NCBI GenBank assembly: GCA_041662745.1
Contig: JBAZRV010000001.1
Location: 60,001-92,000 of the forward strand
DNA: 32,000 bases
Direction of reading: 5' to 3'
Origin: Patescibacteria group bacterium
GTDB taxonomy: Bacteria > Patescibacteriota > Patescibacteriia > 2-01-FULL-39-33
Below the pieces are notes generated by a model, which had not been told where the DNA came from, did no database searches, and was given only the letters and a program-made list of their open reading frames with translations. The translations under genes and the position numbers were made by a program. This document shows, one piece after another, positions 8,497-17,893 of the stretch. Numbering within the stretch: position 1 is the first letter of the stretch; every line of letters starts with the position of its first letter.

Positions 8497-9312
8497 TTAC
8501 TCCACCTCCACGGTTTTATTTATTCGCTCTATTTTGAGTGCTTGCTTATTTTTCTCATCCAATTCAAGGTAGACTCCGTTTAAAACCGCCGTGCCGCGCG
8601 ACGGCACATCGTGTTTTTTGGAAGTCTGGCCGATTTTCAAAAATAAATTATAAATCTGCTGTTTATCGGCGCCAATAATTGAATCGGCATAACCGACCAT
8701 GCCGGCATCGGAAATATAAGCCGTGCCCTTGGGCAGAATCCTTTCATCGGCCGTTTGCACGTGGGTGTGAGTGCCCAAAACCGCCGTTATCCTGCCATCA
8801 AAGTAATTAGCCAAGGCTATTTTTTCCGAAGTGGCTTCCGCATGAAAATCCACGAGATACAAGGCTTGGCGATTTTCGCTGACTATCTTTTCTAAAGTCT
8901 TAAAAGGATCATGCAAGGCATCCCGTTCTCTTTCACCACAATCAAAAAATACCCTACCCATTAAGTTTACCACGATTAGCTTATTTTCGCCAATATTTAT
9001 TGTGAGCTGTCCCCGGCCGGATTTTTTGCTGGGATAATTAGCAGGGCGGATGAGTTGATTATGTTCGTCTTCCAGCATGGCATCACTGCCGGCCTTTTCC
9101 CAAATATGATTGCCGGAAGTAAACGCGTCTATTCCGATTTCCTTCATTTCATCAATGGTTTTCTGCGTGGCGCCGATGCCATGAGCCAGATTCTCCGCAT
9201 TAGCGATAATCAAATCCGGCTTATACTTTCTCTTTAAGCGAGGCAACTCCTGTTTAACGGCGTTACGGCCGATTTTTCCGACAATATCAGCGATGAATAG
9301 GATTCTAATCAT
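8497..9312 (-). CDS. ymdB: YmdB-family metallophosphoesterase (TIGR00282-like)
   Basis: 271 aa; IRILFIADIVGKIGRNAV, NAENLAHGIGATQKT, GNHIWEK, DFHAEATSEK, GTHTHVQTADERILPKGTAYISDAGMVG. Confidence 0.93.
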   Translation of the reverse strand: MIRILFIADIVGKIGRNAVKQELPRLKRKYKPDLIIANAENLAHGIGATQKTIDEMKEIGIDAFTSGNHIWEKAGSDAMLEDEHNQLIRPANYPSKKSGRGQLTINIGENKLIVVNLMGRVFFDCGERERDALHDPFKTLEKIVSENRQALYLVDFHAEATSEKIALANYFDGRITAVLGTHTHVQTADERILPKGTAYISDAGMVGYADSIIGADKQQIYNLFLKIGQTSKKHDVPSRGTAVLNGVYLELDEKNKQALKIERINKTVEVE

Positions 9313-9392
9313 AATAAAATTTAATTTAATTTTAACCGGTGGACGCTTCAGCCCTGGATCTTGCTGGTAAATCGGCTATCAACCGCTACTGC

Positions 9393-10277
9393 TTAAACGG
9401 TCATTTCCTTCAATTTTTTAATCCGATCTTCCAGCGGCGGGTGAGTGGAAAAGGCATTGGCCAAAAAGCGCCTGGAGTTATTAAAAGGATTGGCGATATA
9501 CAGATGCGCTGTCGCCGAGGAGGCGGCGGACATCACTGACTGGTCATTGGCGATTTTTTCCAAGGCGCCGGCCAAACCCTCGGGATAGCGCGTCAGCAAG
9601 GCGCCGGAAGCATCGGCTAAATATTCGCGGCGGCGGGAAACGGCTAATTTTATCAATTGGGCGATTAACGGGGAAAGCAAAATCAAAATTACTCCGATAA
9701 TCAACAGGGCGGGATTACCGCGGTCATTATCCCCCCTGCCGCGGCCGAATAATGAACCGCGTAAAAACCAATCGGCCAAAAGGGAAATCATGCCGACCAA
9801 AACAATAATGATAGTCATTAACCTGATATCATAATTCTTGACGTGGGATAGCTCGTGGGCAATCACGCCTTCCAATTCCAATTTGCTTAACTTATTGATC
9901 GCGCCGACCGTTAAGGCGATTGAAGCATGGGAAGGATCTCGACCGGTAGCAAAAGCATTGATGGCTTGCTCCGGCATCAAATAAATTTTAGGCAACGGCA
10001 CGCCGGCGGTAAGGCAAAGATTTTCAACTAAATGATAGACATAGGTATTGTCGTTTTCCTTAACTTCTTGGGCTTTGGCCGACCACAAAGCCACCTGATC
10101 GCCGCCGTAATAACTGAACAACGACATGATAACGGAAAAAACAGCCGCAGCAACAAGAGCGCCATAACCGTAATTGAAATAATAACCGATAAACCAACCG
10201 ATAAACAGTATGATAACGGTAAAAACAATAATCAACAGCCAGGTGCGACGCTTGTTGGAATCTATTTGGTTATACAT
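9393..10277 (-). CDS. htpX: Zinc metalloprotease HtpX
   Basis: 294 aa; GVIAHELSHVKNYD HExxH motif, SRRREYLADASGA, AFSTHPPLEDRI C-terminus. Confidence 0.95.
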   Translation of the reverse strand: MYNQIDSNKRRTWLLIIVFTVIILFIGWFIGYYFNYGYGALVAAAVFSVIMSLFSYYGGDQVALWSAKAQEVKENDNTYVYHLVENLCLTAGVPLPKIYLMPEQAINAFATGRDPSHASIALTVGAINKLSKLELEGVIAHELSHVKNYDIRLMTIIIVLVGMISLLADWFLRGSLFGRGRGDNDRGNPALLIIGVILILLSPLIAQLIKLAVSRRREYLADASGALLTRYPEGLAGALEKIANDQSVMSAASSATAHLYIANPFNNSRRFLANAFSTHPPLEDRIKKLKEMTV

Positions 10278-10347
10278 AAGCTATAATTCATAAATTCTAT
10301 CATCTTTATTTTAACAAAATTAAGCCAAAAAATCAAAATTAAAAAAG

Positions 10348-10376
10348 CCGCGCAACAGTTATTGGCTGTTACGCGG
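10348..10376 (-). terminator. Intrinsic terminator downstream of 10393..11130
   Basis: CCGCGCAACAG/CTGTTACGCGG hairpin with a T tract on the minus strand. Confidence 0.7.
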
Positions 10377-10392
10377 ACTAAAGAGTCAAGGT

Positions 10393-11130
10393 TCAAGGTT
10401 TCAAAGGGATCGGTTCGCGGACAACAGCGAAACGCCAAGAACTGTAAAGACGATACTCAAGACTAATCAATGACAAGAGGCGCCTCCCCACATTTACGTC
10501 AAGGTAAGCGAAACTGCGATGGCCGGCTTCGTGCTGCCAAATTGATCCCAAAGCGGCAATGGGGTGTAGCCGTTGCAAACCGGGGTGGGCCGCACCCAGA
10601 GCCAGCAATTCCGGCAGGGGGGCGAAGCGGTAGCGATGCTCCGCTCCTTGCTGAGCCAGCCAATCATTGACCTCTTGCAATTTGGCGATGACTTGATCGC
10701 CATTGCTGAAATTTTGATTAAACTGGAGTAACTCTACTCTAATTTTCCTGGTAAGAGGTGAAAGCCTGAAAGAGAAATGACGGTTGTTGATATCCGGATT
10801 AAACGCGTCATACTTGCCGGCGGCAATCATCTGTTCAAGGTCTTGACTGGGATCAACGGTCACATCGTAAATGCCGACAATGCCGACCGGCTGAGGTAAG
10901 ACGATTTGTTTGGCGGCTCTTTTCATAATTCCAGCCTCGGCCGGAGTCAGTCCGGCAATCAATTTGGCGATTGCCCGAAGCGTTGAGTCGCCTTCAGGCT
11001 GAGCCAGCAAATAAAGGCACTGACCGACATTGCCGCCGAATTCCTGGATGTACCTAACCAGATTTACAACAACCGTGAGCAACGCGCCCATGGCCGACAC
11101 CACCGCTTCAACATTCTTCTTTGTCCTCAT
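10393..11130 (-). CDS. Conserved hypothetical protein, paralog of 3367..4104; possible diversified C-terminal domain
   Basis: 245 aa; shared central and C-terminal motifs with 3367..4104; SD TAGGAG upstream. Confidence 0.85.
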   Translation of the reverse strand: MRTKKNVEAVVSAMGALLTVVVNLVRYIQEFGGNVGQCLYLLAQPEGDSTLRAIAKLIAGLTPAEAGIMKRAAKQIVLPQPVGIVGIYDVTVDPSQDLEQMIAAGKYDAFNPDINNRHFSFRLSPLTRKIRVELLQFNQNFSNGDQVIAKLQEVNDWLAQQGAEHRYRFAPLPELLALGAAHPGLQRLHPIAALGSIWQHEAGHRSFAYLDVNVGRRLLSLISLEYRLYSSWRFAVVREPIPLKP

Positions 11131-11243
11131 GATGCATTCTCCTATTTGGCCGGTCTCTCATTCCAGCGTTAACGCCAGAACCACGGACCAACCATTTTTA
11201 GGTGCAAATTAGCTCTGCCGACATGACAGTTTGCTAATATCTA

Positions 11244-11272
11244 ATTATATCATATTTACAATATTTTGTCAA
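11244..11272 (-). promoter_or_regulatory. Consensus sigma70-type promoter for 10393..11130
   Basis: TTGACA (11267-11272) - 17 nt - TATAAT (11244-11249) on the minus strand. Confidence 0.85.
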
Positions 11273-11318
11273 TACCTTTATCCACAATACTTTTTATCTA
11301 AATTTAGATAATAAAAAA

Positions 11319-11347
11319 CCGCTCAACAGTTATTGGCTGTTACGCGG
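11319..11347 (-). terminator. Terminator-like hairpin downstream of 11363..12439
   Basis: CCGCTCAACAG...CTGTTACGCGG with a T tract on the minus strand; 24 nt identical to the hairpin at 10353-10376. Confidence 0.6.
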
Positions 11348-11362
11348 GTTAAAGAACGGAGA

Positions 11363-12439
11363 CTAATAAGCCGTAGTGCGAAAAACCGGCTGGAATAATT
11401 GTATCCGCTGTTGGCAAATCTTTTCAAAACGACAGCTATTACATTGGGGCTCTTCCATCTCCGGACAATATTTGCGCGCCAGCCACATTAGCTTGTCAAC
11501 TTCAGCCATGGGCCTGCCGGAAAGAGTAATTACCCGGTCAACGGCAGCATAAACCGCCAACCTGATCGCTAATTCAATCTCAGCGTCAACCCAAGAACGG
11601 GAACTTACGCAATCAGCAAACCGTTCGGCCAAATCCACCAGACCGAGCCGCAAAGCCGAACGCATCAAATGATAATCAACTATCGGACGCCACTGCGGAC
11701 TATCCGGCTCAATCTTTAAAAAATGTTCCGGACGATTGGCTAGGGCCATCGCCAACAACGTGGCCTTTTTATTGAACGGATCGTTGAAACCAACGAGATT
11801 CAAAGCTAGAAAACTGATAAATTCTGATAATTTCGGATATTGCTTAAGAATATCAAGTGATGTTTGAAAAACCTCAGGGAGCTCTAAAAAAGAACGGCCG
11901 TAACCGGTTGTCAGAATATACCTTTGTTCCCAATCCGGAAAAGGCACTGGGCCATTGTCATCGCTGAGAAACTTCACAAAACCGGCCGGTGACAACGAGG
12001 CCAGATTGGTTGGCTTAAAAAAATCCGGATTATTGTCTAACGCCCTTTTAGCCAACTGCCACAGCAAATCGGAACCCTTGATTCTTTTGCCGTTTAAGGT
12101 TCCCCAAAGAGGTTCACTGTAGCCAGCGCAATTACCATACCAAAAGCCGAATTGCTGGGAACAGACATAAAAGAAAAAATCCACGGTCGACGGGTGATTA
12201 AGCGGCGGGTACATGCCACTGGCGACAATCTCTTCGCCTTGGGCATTGCGAAAACTGTAAAAATTCAAAAAATCCCTGTCCGGTGGCAAGCCCTTCAAAT
12301 AAGCGGCCAGCTTCTCTACCGCTTCTTCATTGACAACGGCAATTTCCGACAATCGCGATAATTCTTCTAATTCCATTTCCGTCGCTTCTTCTGCCGCCTC
12401 AGCAACAAGCAGTCTCATAATATCATCCTGACTGTGCAT
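11363..12439 (-). CDS. Hypothetical protein; remote resemblance to queuosine-salvage (DUF2419/Q_salvage) proteins; C-terminal Cys cluster
   Basis: Start chosen at the internal ATG (MHSQDD) preceded by GGAAGGAGG; HPSTVDFFFYVCSQQFGFW, LNGKRIKGSDLLWQLAKRALD, CPEMEEPQCNSCRFEKIC. Family call is tentative. Confidence 0.45.
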   Translation of the reverse strand: MHSQDDIMRLLVAEAAEEATEMELEELSRLSEIAVVNEEAVEKLAAYLKGLPPDRDFLNFYSFRNAQGEEIVASGMYPPLNHPSTVDFFFYVCSQQFGFWYGNCAGYSEPLWGTLNGKRIKGSDLLWQLAKRALDNNPDFFKPTNLASLSPAGFVKFLSDDNGPVPFPDWEQRYILTTGYGRSFLELPEVFQTSLDILKQYPKLSEFISFLALNLVGFNDPFNKKATLLAMALANRPEHFLKIEPDSPQWRPIVDYHLMRSALRLGLVDLAERFADCVSSRSWVDAEIELAIRLAVYAAVDRVITLSGRPMAEVDKLMWLARKYCPEMEEPQCNSCRFEKICQQRIQLFQPVFRTTAY

Positions 12440-12517
12440 AACCTTGCCTCCTTCCGGTTGTTTTACTAAGCCTGACTGATTATCAAAGTACCAGATTATT
12501 TTTATCATGACACCAAT

Positions 12518-12549
12518 AAAAAAGCAAGGCGTTACGGCCTTGCTTTTTT
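12518..12549 (-). terminator. Intrinsic terminator downstream of lemA
   Basis: AAAAAAGCAAGGC/GCCTTGCTTTTTT 13-bp stem. Confidence 0.85.
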
Positions 12550-12563
12550 AATCAAAATTTAAC

Positions 12564-13124
12564 TTAAAATTTAACCTCAACATTCTGTTTTTCCGCCTCA
12601 TTGGCTTCAAAAAAATCATACTTCTTGAACTTGAGCAATTGATTGATCAAGTTATTGGGAAAAACCTCAATCTTGGTGTTGAAATCACGGACATTGCCGT
12701 TATAAAATCTTCGAGCGGCCTGAATCTTATTCTCCGTATCGGAGAGTTCTTCCTGCAACTTCAAGAAATTTTGATTGGCCTTCAAGTCGGGGTAACTTTC
12801 CGCTAAAGCGAAAATTGATTTAAGGGTATTGGACAATTCACCCTCGGCCTTAGCTTTAGCGGCCAAGCCATCGCCGCTGGCCATCGCCGTGTTTCTGGCT
12901 TCAATGACTTTTTGCAAAGTCGCCTGCTCGTGAGCGGCATAGCCCTTGACCGTCTCAATCAAATTGGGGATCAAGTCATAACGGCGCTTAAGCTGGACAT
13001 CAATGTCCGACCAGGCCTCCTTGGCGCGATTGTTGGCGCGGATCAGTCCGTTGTACAGCAGTACGACAGCGATAATCGCCACCGCCAAAACAATCAGAAC
13101 GATCCAAAGAATGTTTAACAGCAT
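12564..13124 (-). CDS. lemA: LemA family protein
   Basis: 186 aa; YNGLIRANNRAKEAWSDIDVQLKRRYDLIPNLIETVKGYAAHE, ENKIQAARRFYNGNVRDFN. Confidence 0.96.
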   Translation of the reverse strand: MLLNILWIVLIVLAVAIIAVVLLYNGLIRANNRAKEAWSDIDVQLKRRYDLIPNLIETVKGYAAHEQATLQKVIEARNTAMASGDGLAAKAKAEGELSNTLKSIFALAESYPDLKANQNFLKLQEELSDTENKIQAARRFYNGNVRDFNTKIEVFPNNLINQLLKFKKYDFFEANEAEKQNVEVKF

Positions 13125-13193
13125 ATTTTTATTATTAGAGTTTATTCCTTGATAACTAAGAAAAACTCATTATTAATTTTAGGTAAGCTGAAG

Positions 13194-14720
13194 TTATCGG
13201 GCGTATTCGGTCACGCGTTTTTCACGAATGACATTAACCTTGATTTCTCCAGGATATTTAAGCTCGGCTTCTATCTTTTCGGCAATATCCTTGGCCATCT
13301 TGATTGCGCCCAAATCGTCAACCTCGTCCGGCGTAACAAACACGCGCACTTCGCGGCCGGCCTGGATGGCATAGGCCTTGTCAATGCCGGGGAAGCCGAG
13401 GGCGATCTTCTCCAATTCATCCAAACGCTGGAGATAGTTCTCATAACTGTCTTTGCGAGCGCCCAATCGCGCGCCGGAAATAGCGTCAGCAACCTTGACA
13501 ATAATGCCTTCAAAGGTGGATGGCTTGTCATTATGGTGTTCAAAAACCGGAGCGATAATATCCTCGGTAATGCCGAATTTTTTGCAAATATCCCGGCCGA
13601 TTTCCGGATGCGTGCCCTGGACCTCGTGGTCAACGGCCTTGCCGATATCATGCAACAGGCCGGCCTTCTTGGCCACAGCCACATTGGCGCCCAATTCTTC
13701 GGCTAACAGCGCTGACAAATTAGCGACTTCCGCCGAATGGTTTAAAATATTCTGGCCATAGGAGGTGCGGTATTTCAAACGGCCCAAAATTTGCACTAAC
13801 TTCGGATCCAAACCGGTAATGCCTAATTCATAAACCGTGGCCTCGCCGGCCTTCTTGATATCAATGGCCAGATCCTGCTTGGCCTCTTTAATTGTTTCCT
13901 CAATGCGGGCCGGATGGATACGGCCGTCAAAAATCAATTTCTCAATCGCCTTCTTGGCGACTTGGCGGCGAATCGGGGAGAAAGACGACAGAGTAATCGC
14001 CTGCGGCGTATCATCAATAATGATTTCCACGCCGGTCAACTGTTCAATGGTCTTGATGTTTCTGCCTTCGCGCCCGATAATCCGTCCCTTCATTTCGTCA
14101 TTGGGTATGTCCACAACCGATGAGGTTGTTTCGGCGGCATGGCTGGAAGCGCAACGTTCAATCACCGTAGCCAACAATCCTTTGGCTTTTTTCTCCAAAT
14201 CCTCGCTGGCCTCATTCTCCAATTTTTTAATGCGGTTGACCAAATTGTCGGCAATCATGCGTTCGGCATTTTCCAAAAGCACCTTTTCCGCTTCGGCCTT
14301 GGTTAAGCCGGCGATCTTTTCCAGTTTCGCCAATTGGTCTTCCTTGATTTTTTGAACTTCCTCTTTGGCCTTGTTGATCTTATCCGCCTTGTCAGCCAGA
14401 CTGGCTTTTTGATTCTCCAAATCCAGAATTTTCTGATCAAACATGGTTTCGCGCTTTTCCAATCGGGATTTGGCGCTGTCCATTTCCACTTTAACTTGCC
14501 TGGCCTCAACCTTGGCCTCATCAATGATTTTTAAGGATTTCTCTTGCGCGACCAAAACAAGCTCTTTCTGCTTGGCTTTAGCCTCAATCAGCATTTTTTC
14601 AATTTTTGATTCCAAACTGTCTTTTCTTTTTTGCGCCCAGTTCTTGCGCATGAGGTAACCGCCGCCAAAACCGACCAATAACATCGCTAAGGCGATAACA
14701 CCTGAAATAATAATTTCCAT
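13194..14720 (-). CDS. rny: Ribonuclease Y
   Basis: 508 aa; N-terminal TM and coiled coil, GRIIGREGRNIKTIEQLTGVEIIIDDTP KH domain, HSAEVANLSALLAEELG...GLLHDIGKAVDHE HD domain; SD GAAGGAG. Confidence 0.97.
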   Translation of the reverse strand: MEIIISGVIALAMLLVGFGGGYLMRKNWAQKRKDSLESKIEKMLIEAKAKQKELVLVAQEKSLKIIDEAKVEARQVKVEMDSAKSRLEKRETMFDQKILDLENQKASLADKADKINKAKEEVQKIKEDQLAKLEKIAGLTKAEAEKVLLENAERMIADNLVNRIKKLENEASEDLEKKAKGLLATVIERCASSHAAETTSSVVDIPNDEMKGRIIGREGRNIKTIEQLTGVEIIIDDTPQAITLSSFSPIRRQVAKKAIEKLIFDGRIHPARIEETIKEAKQDLAIDIKKAGEATVYELGITGLDPKLVQILGRLKYRTSYGQNILNHSAEVANLSALLAEELGANVAVAKKAGLLHDIGKAVDHEVQGTHPEIGRDICKKFGITEDIIAPVFEHHNDKPSTFEGIIVKVADAISGARLGARKDSYENYLQRLDELEKIALGFPGIDKAYAIQAGREVRVFVTPDEVDDLGAIKMAKDIAEKIEAELKYPGEIKVNVIREKRVTEYAR

Positions 14721-14975
14721 ATTTCTCCTTCTATGATGGCAGGGAGAAATCTGCTGATTTTACTTAAATTAGGCAAAAGACGAATTTAGTCGTAAATAAC
14801 GGGCAAACAGTAAAAAGACGGATAACCCGCCTAAAAATTGTTTTATTTCATTTTTTTCGCCCGCTTAAAATACGAGGTTTTCACAAAAGTATTAACAAAA
14901 TTAGATAAAATTCGTCTTCTTCCAAGTCAGCATGATTCCACCCGAACGCTTAATTCTTATTAATTATCTGATACT

Positions 14976-15004
14976 ATTCTATCACAAAAACAGTTGCGGG
15001 TCAA
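14976..15004 (-). promoter_or_regulatory. Predicted rny promoter
   Basis: TTGACC (14999-15004) - 17 nt - TAGAAT (14976-14981) on the minus strand. Confidence 0.6.
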
Positions 15005-15035
15005 TCCGGCTGTTTTTCCTGGGTTTTTGCAATAA

Positions 15036-15614
15036 TTATTGCTTTATCACCTTATCAATCAGGCCGTATTCCAAAGCCTCTTCGGGTGACATATAATAGT
15101 CGCGATCAGTGTCCTTCTCAATCTGCGACAGCGACCGATTGGTATGTTTAGTTAAAATATTGTCCAATTTGCTTTTAATTTTGAGGATATGTTCGGCACG
15201 AATCTTGATGTCGGTTGCCTGCCCCTCGGCTCCGCCCATTATCTGATGAATCATGATCTCGGCATTGGGCAAGGCCAAACGCTTGCCTGTGGTGCCGCCG
15301 GCCAAAATCATCGCGGCCATGGAAGCGGCGGTGCCGACGCAAATAGTGGAAACATCGGCTTGGACGTGCTGCATGGTGTCATAGATCGCCAAACCGGCAG
15401 AAACCGAACCGCCGGGAGAATTGATGTACAGTTTAATGTCAGAATTACTGTCTTCATTATCCAAAAACAATAATTGGGCGATAACCGTATTGGCGAAAGC
15501 GTCATCAATGGGCGCGCCCAAAAAAATAATCCTGTCTTTAAGCAGGCGGGAATAAATATCATAAGCCCGTTCGCCTAAAGACGTTTTTTCTATCACTGTG
15601 GGAATAAGATACAT
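15036..15614 (-). CDS. clpP: ATP-dependent Clp protease proteolytic subunit
   Basis: 192 aa; [72 protein letters not shown]. Confidence 0.97.
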   Translation of the reverse strand: MYLIPTVIEKTSLGERAYDIYSRLLKDRIIFLGAPIDDAFANTVIAQLLFLDNEDSNSDIKLYINSPGGSVSAGLAIYDTMQHVQADVSTICVGTAASMAAMILAGGTTGKRLALPNAEIMIHQIMGGAEGQATDIKIRAEHILKIKSKLDNILTKHTNRSLSQIEKDTDRDYYMSPEEALEYGLIDKVIKQ

Positions 15615-15660
15615 AAAATCAGTTTATAAAATTATCAGACCCGAAAGCCTTTGGCTATCC

Positions 15661-16611
15661 TCATAGTATCACCAATTCGCCGTTTTTTTCAACCACCTGC
15701 CAGGGCGCGGTAAACCCGGCCGCTTTCTTGTGGCCGCCGCCGCCGAACAAGCGGCAAAAAGCGGCCAAATCAACATCATCGCGCTTGGTGCGCCAACTGG
15801 CCTTAACTTGTCCGGTCGACAAACGAAAAACGGCCGTAGCGGAAACATCGGTAATTACGTTTAAAAAATTAGACAGCCCCTCCACTTCCTCTTCTTGGAT
15901 CTGGTACAAACGCAAATCATTATCCTTAATATAAGTAAAAGCCACGCCCAATTCTTGATTGATTTTTAAACGCGACAAGGCCTCGCCCCATAAGCGCAGA
16001 CCGCCGATAGTCTTATTCTGTATGGCGAAAGAAAACAATTGATTGATCTTGACGCCGTATTTAATTAGTTCCGAAGCAATTATCACCGCCTCTGAGTTGG
16101 TGGCGGAATTGACAAAGCCGGAAGTATCGCTGATGATGCCGGACAATAAGCAAGTGGCGCTGCGGCGATCCAAACGAAAACCGATTGTCTTAAAAAACTT
16201 ATAAATTATTTCGCAAGCCGAGCTGGCCGAAGCGTCAATGGCATTGATTGAGGCATAGCCGGAATTGGAGGCGTGGTGATCAAATGCCACCGTTGTCATT
16301 CCGGCTAAATCATCGCCGGTCATCCTGGCCATAGCCAAATCGGCGCAATCCAAAAACACAACCAAATCCCACTGGCGCTTGAGAACCTCCCGATCATTGA
16401 TTAATCCGTCTATTTTAGGCAAGTAACTAAGGGAGCTTGGCGCCGGATCCGGCGTATATAAAACATAATCCTTACCCAAGGATTCCAAATATAAACCCAG
16501 ACTCAATACCGACCCCAAAGTATCCTGGTCGGGACGCTGATGGCCGACTAAAAGTATCCTGTCAGCCTGCAGAATCAAGCGATCAATTTGTTTAAAGGCT
16601 CCGTCTAACAT
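15661..16611 (-). CDS. nrnA: DHH family phosphoesterase (NrnA-like)
   Basis: 316 aa; ILLVGHQRPDQDTLGSVLSL, VVFLDCAD, AFDHHASN, SGIISDTSGFV, C-terminal FGGGGHKKAAGF. Confidence 0.85.
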   Translation of the reverse strand: MLDGAFKQIDRLILQADRILLVGHQRPDQDTLGSVLSLGLYLESLGKDYVLYTPDPAPSSLSYLPKIDGLINDREVLKRQWDLVVFLDCADLAMARMTGDDLAGMTTVAFDHHASNSGYASINAIDASASSACEIIYKFFKTIGFRLDRRSATCLLSGIISDTSGFVNSATNSEAVIIASELIKYGVKINQLFSFAIQNKTIGGLRLWGEALSRLKINQELGVAFTYIKDNDLRLYQIQEEEVEGLSNFLNVITDVSATAVFRLSTGQVKASWRTKRDDVDLAAFCRLFGGGGHKKAAGFTAPWQVVEKNGELVIL

Positions 16612-16732
16612 AATAAAGTCAATTGCTTATCTTAACGGAATTAGCGGTTCTTGTCAAATGTGGTATAATTAATGGCGTATAGCCGGCGGCGAGCAGGAAG
16701 CGGCTGAATATAAAATCAAGCTTATAAACCAT

Positions 16733-17785
16733 ATGAATTTAGACAATTTGAAGGCTATCAGATCGCTGGATAAAAGCCAAGTCGCCGAATCCATCGCCAA
16801 TCTGCCCAAACAACTGGCTCTGACTTGGCAAACGGGAAAGAAATTCAAACTGCCAGCCGGCCATTTAAAAGCTAAAGCCATCGTGTTCTGCGGCATGGGC
16901 GGCTCAAATTTAGCCTCGGAAATGTTGCGGGGAATTTTTCCTTTTCGGATGCCTTTTATTTTGGTCCGCAACTATAATCTGCCGGCTTTTGTGAACAAAG
17001 ACACCTTGGTTGTTATAGACAGTTACTCCGGAAACACGGAAGAGGCGATCTCTTGCCTGAAAATAGCAATCAAAATAAAAGCCAAGATAGCAGTCATCAC
17101 TTCCGGCGGCGAACTATTGGCTTTAGCCAAAAAACACCGCCTGCCCTGTTTATTATTGGATCCCAAGCTGAATCCCTCGCGCCAACCGCGTTATGACGTC
17201 GGTTCGCAGTTGGGCGCCGCCCTGACAATTTTAAAAAACTTTACCGCCATTAAAGCTGAGGTGGATCCGGCCGCCGCCTTTCTAACCAAATTGGGCCAAA
17301 CCCTGATGCCGCTGATTCCGGCCAAAAATAATCCGGCGAAAAATTTAGCTCAGCGATTATTCGGCAAGCAAATCCTAATCTTCGGCGCTGAACACTTAGC
17401 GCCTAACGCCCATATTTTAGCCAATCAATTAAATGAAAGCGCCAAGCAGTTAGCTCATCCCTACGCCATTCCCGAACTTAACCATCATTTCTTAGAGGCA
17501 CTGGCTTTGCCCAAATCAATCACCAAAAACACCGTTGTCTTATTATTGTCTTCCGCCGCTTATGCCCCCCGGATCAGCAAAAGAATGGCAGTCACAAAAA
17601 AAGTTCTGGACAAACTGAAAATAAAATATCTGACGCTTGAATCAGCGACTGAAGACAAATGGCTGTCAGCCCTGGAAATACTGGCTCAGGGTAGTTGGCT
17701 TAGTTTTTATCTGGCCATGTTAAACAACATCAATCCGGCGCAAATACCCTGGGTGGATTTCTTTAAAAAAGAACTGAATAAATAA
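16733..17785 (+). CDS. Bifunctional phosphoglucose/phosphomannose isomerase (SIS domains)
   Basis: 350 aa; IVFCGMGGSNLASEMLRG, VVIDSYSGNTEEAISC, IPELNHHFLEAL. Confidence 0.85.
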   Translation: MNLDNLKAIRSLDKSQVAESIANLPKQLALTWQTGKKFKLPAGHLKAKAIVFCGMGGSNLASEMLRGIFPFRMPFILVRNYNLPAFVNKDTLVVIDSYSGNTEEAISCLKIAIKIKAKIAVITSGGELLALAKKHRLPCLLLDPKLNPSRQPRYDVGSQLGAALTILKNFTAIKAEVDPAAAFLTKLGQTLMPLIPAKNNPAKNLAQRLFGKQILIFGAEHLAPNAHILANQLNESAKQLAHPYAIPELNHHFLEALALPKSITKNTVVLLLSSAAYAPRISKRMAVTKKVLDKLKIKYLTLESATEDKWLSALEILAQGSWLSFYLAMLNNINPAQIPWVDFFKKELNK

Positions 17786-17820
17786 TCCGGCCGGCGGCAA
17801 CTAACGGCTCGCAAATAAAA

Positions 17821-17854
17821 ATAAAACCGATTCGGCTGACCGAGTCGGTTTTAT
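17821..17854. terminator. Bidirectional intrinsic terminator
   Basis: ATAAAACCGATTCGG/CCGAGTCGGTTTTAT stem, 4-nt loop, between convergent genes. Confidence 0.85.
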
Positions 17855-17893
17855 AAATTGAGATTTATATCCTGATTGGCAAAGCTTGCTCTA

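Noticed and set aside
13149-13706. 185-aa plus-strand ORF
   Set aside because: Lies mostly antisense inside the well-supported rny gene; shadow ORF.
13453-14355. Series of plus-strand ORFs (102, 172, 69 aa)
   Set aside because: All antisense to rny, no SD or promoter support.
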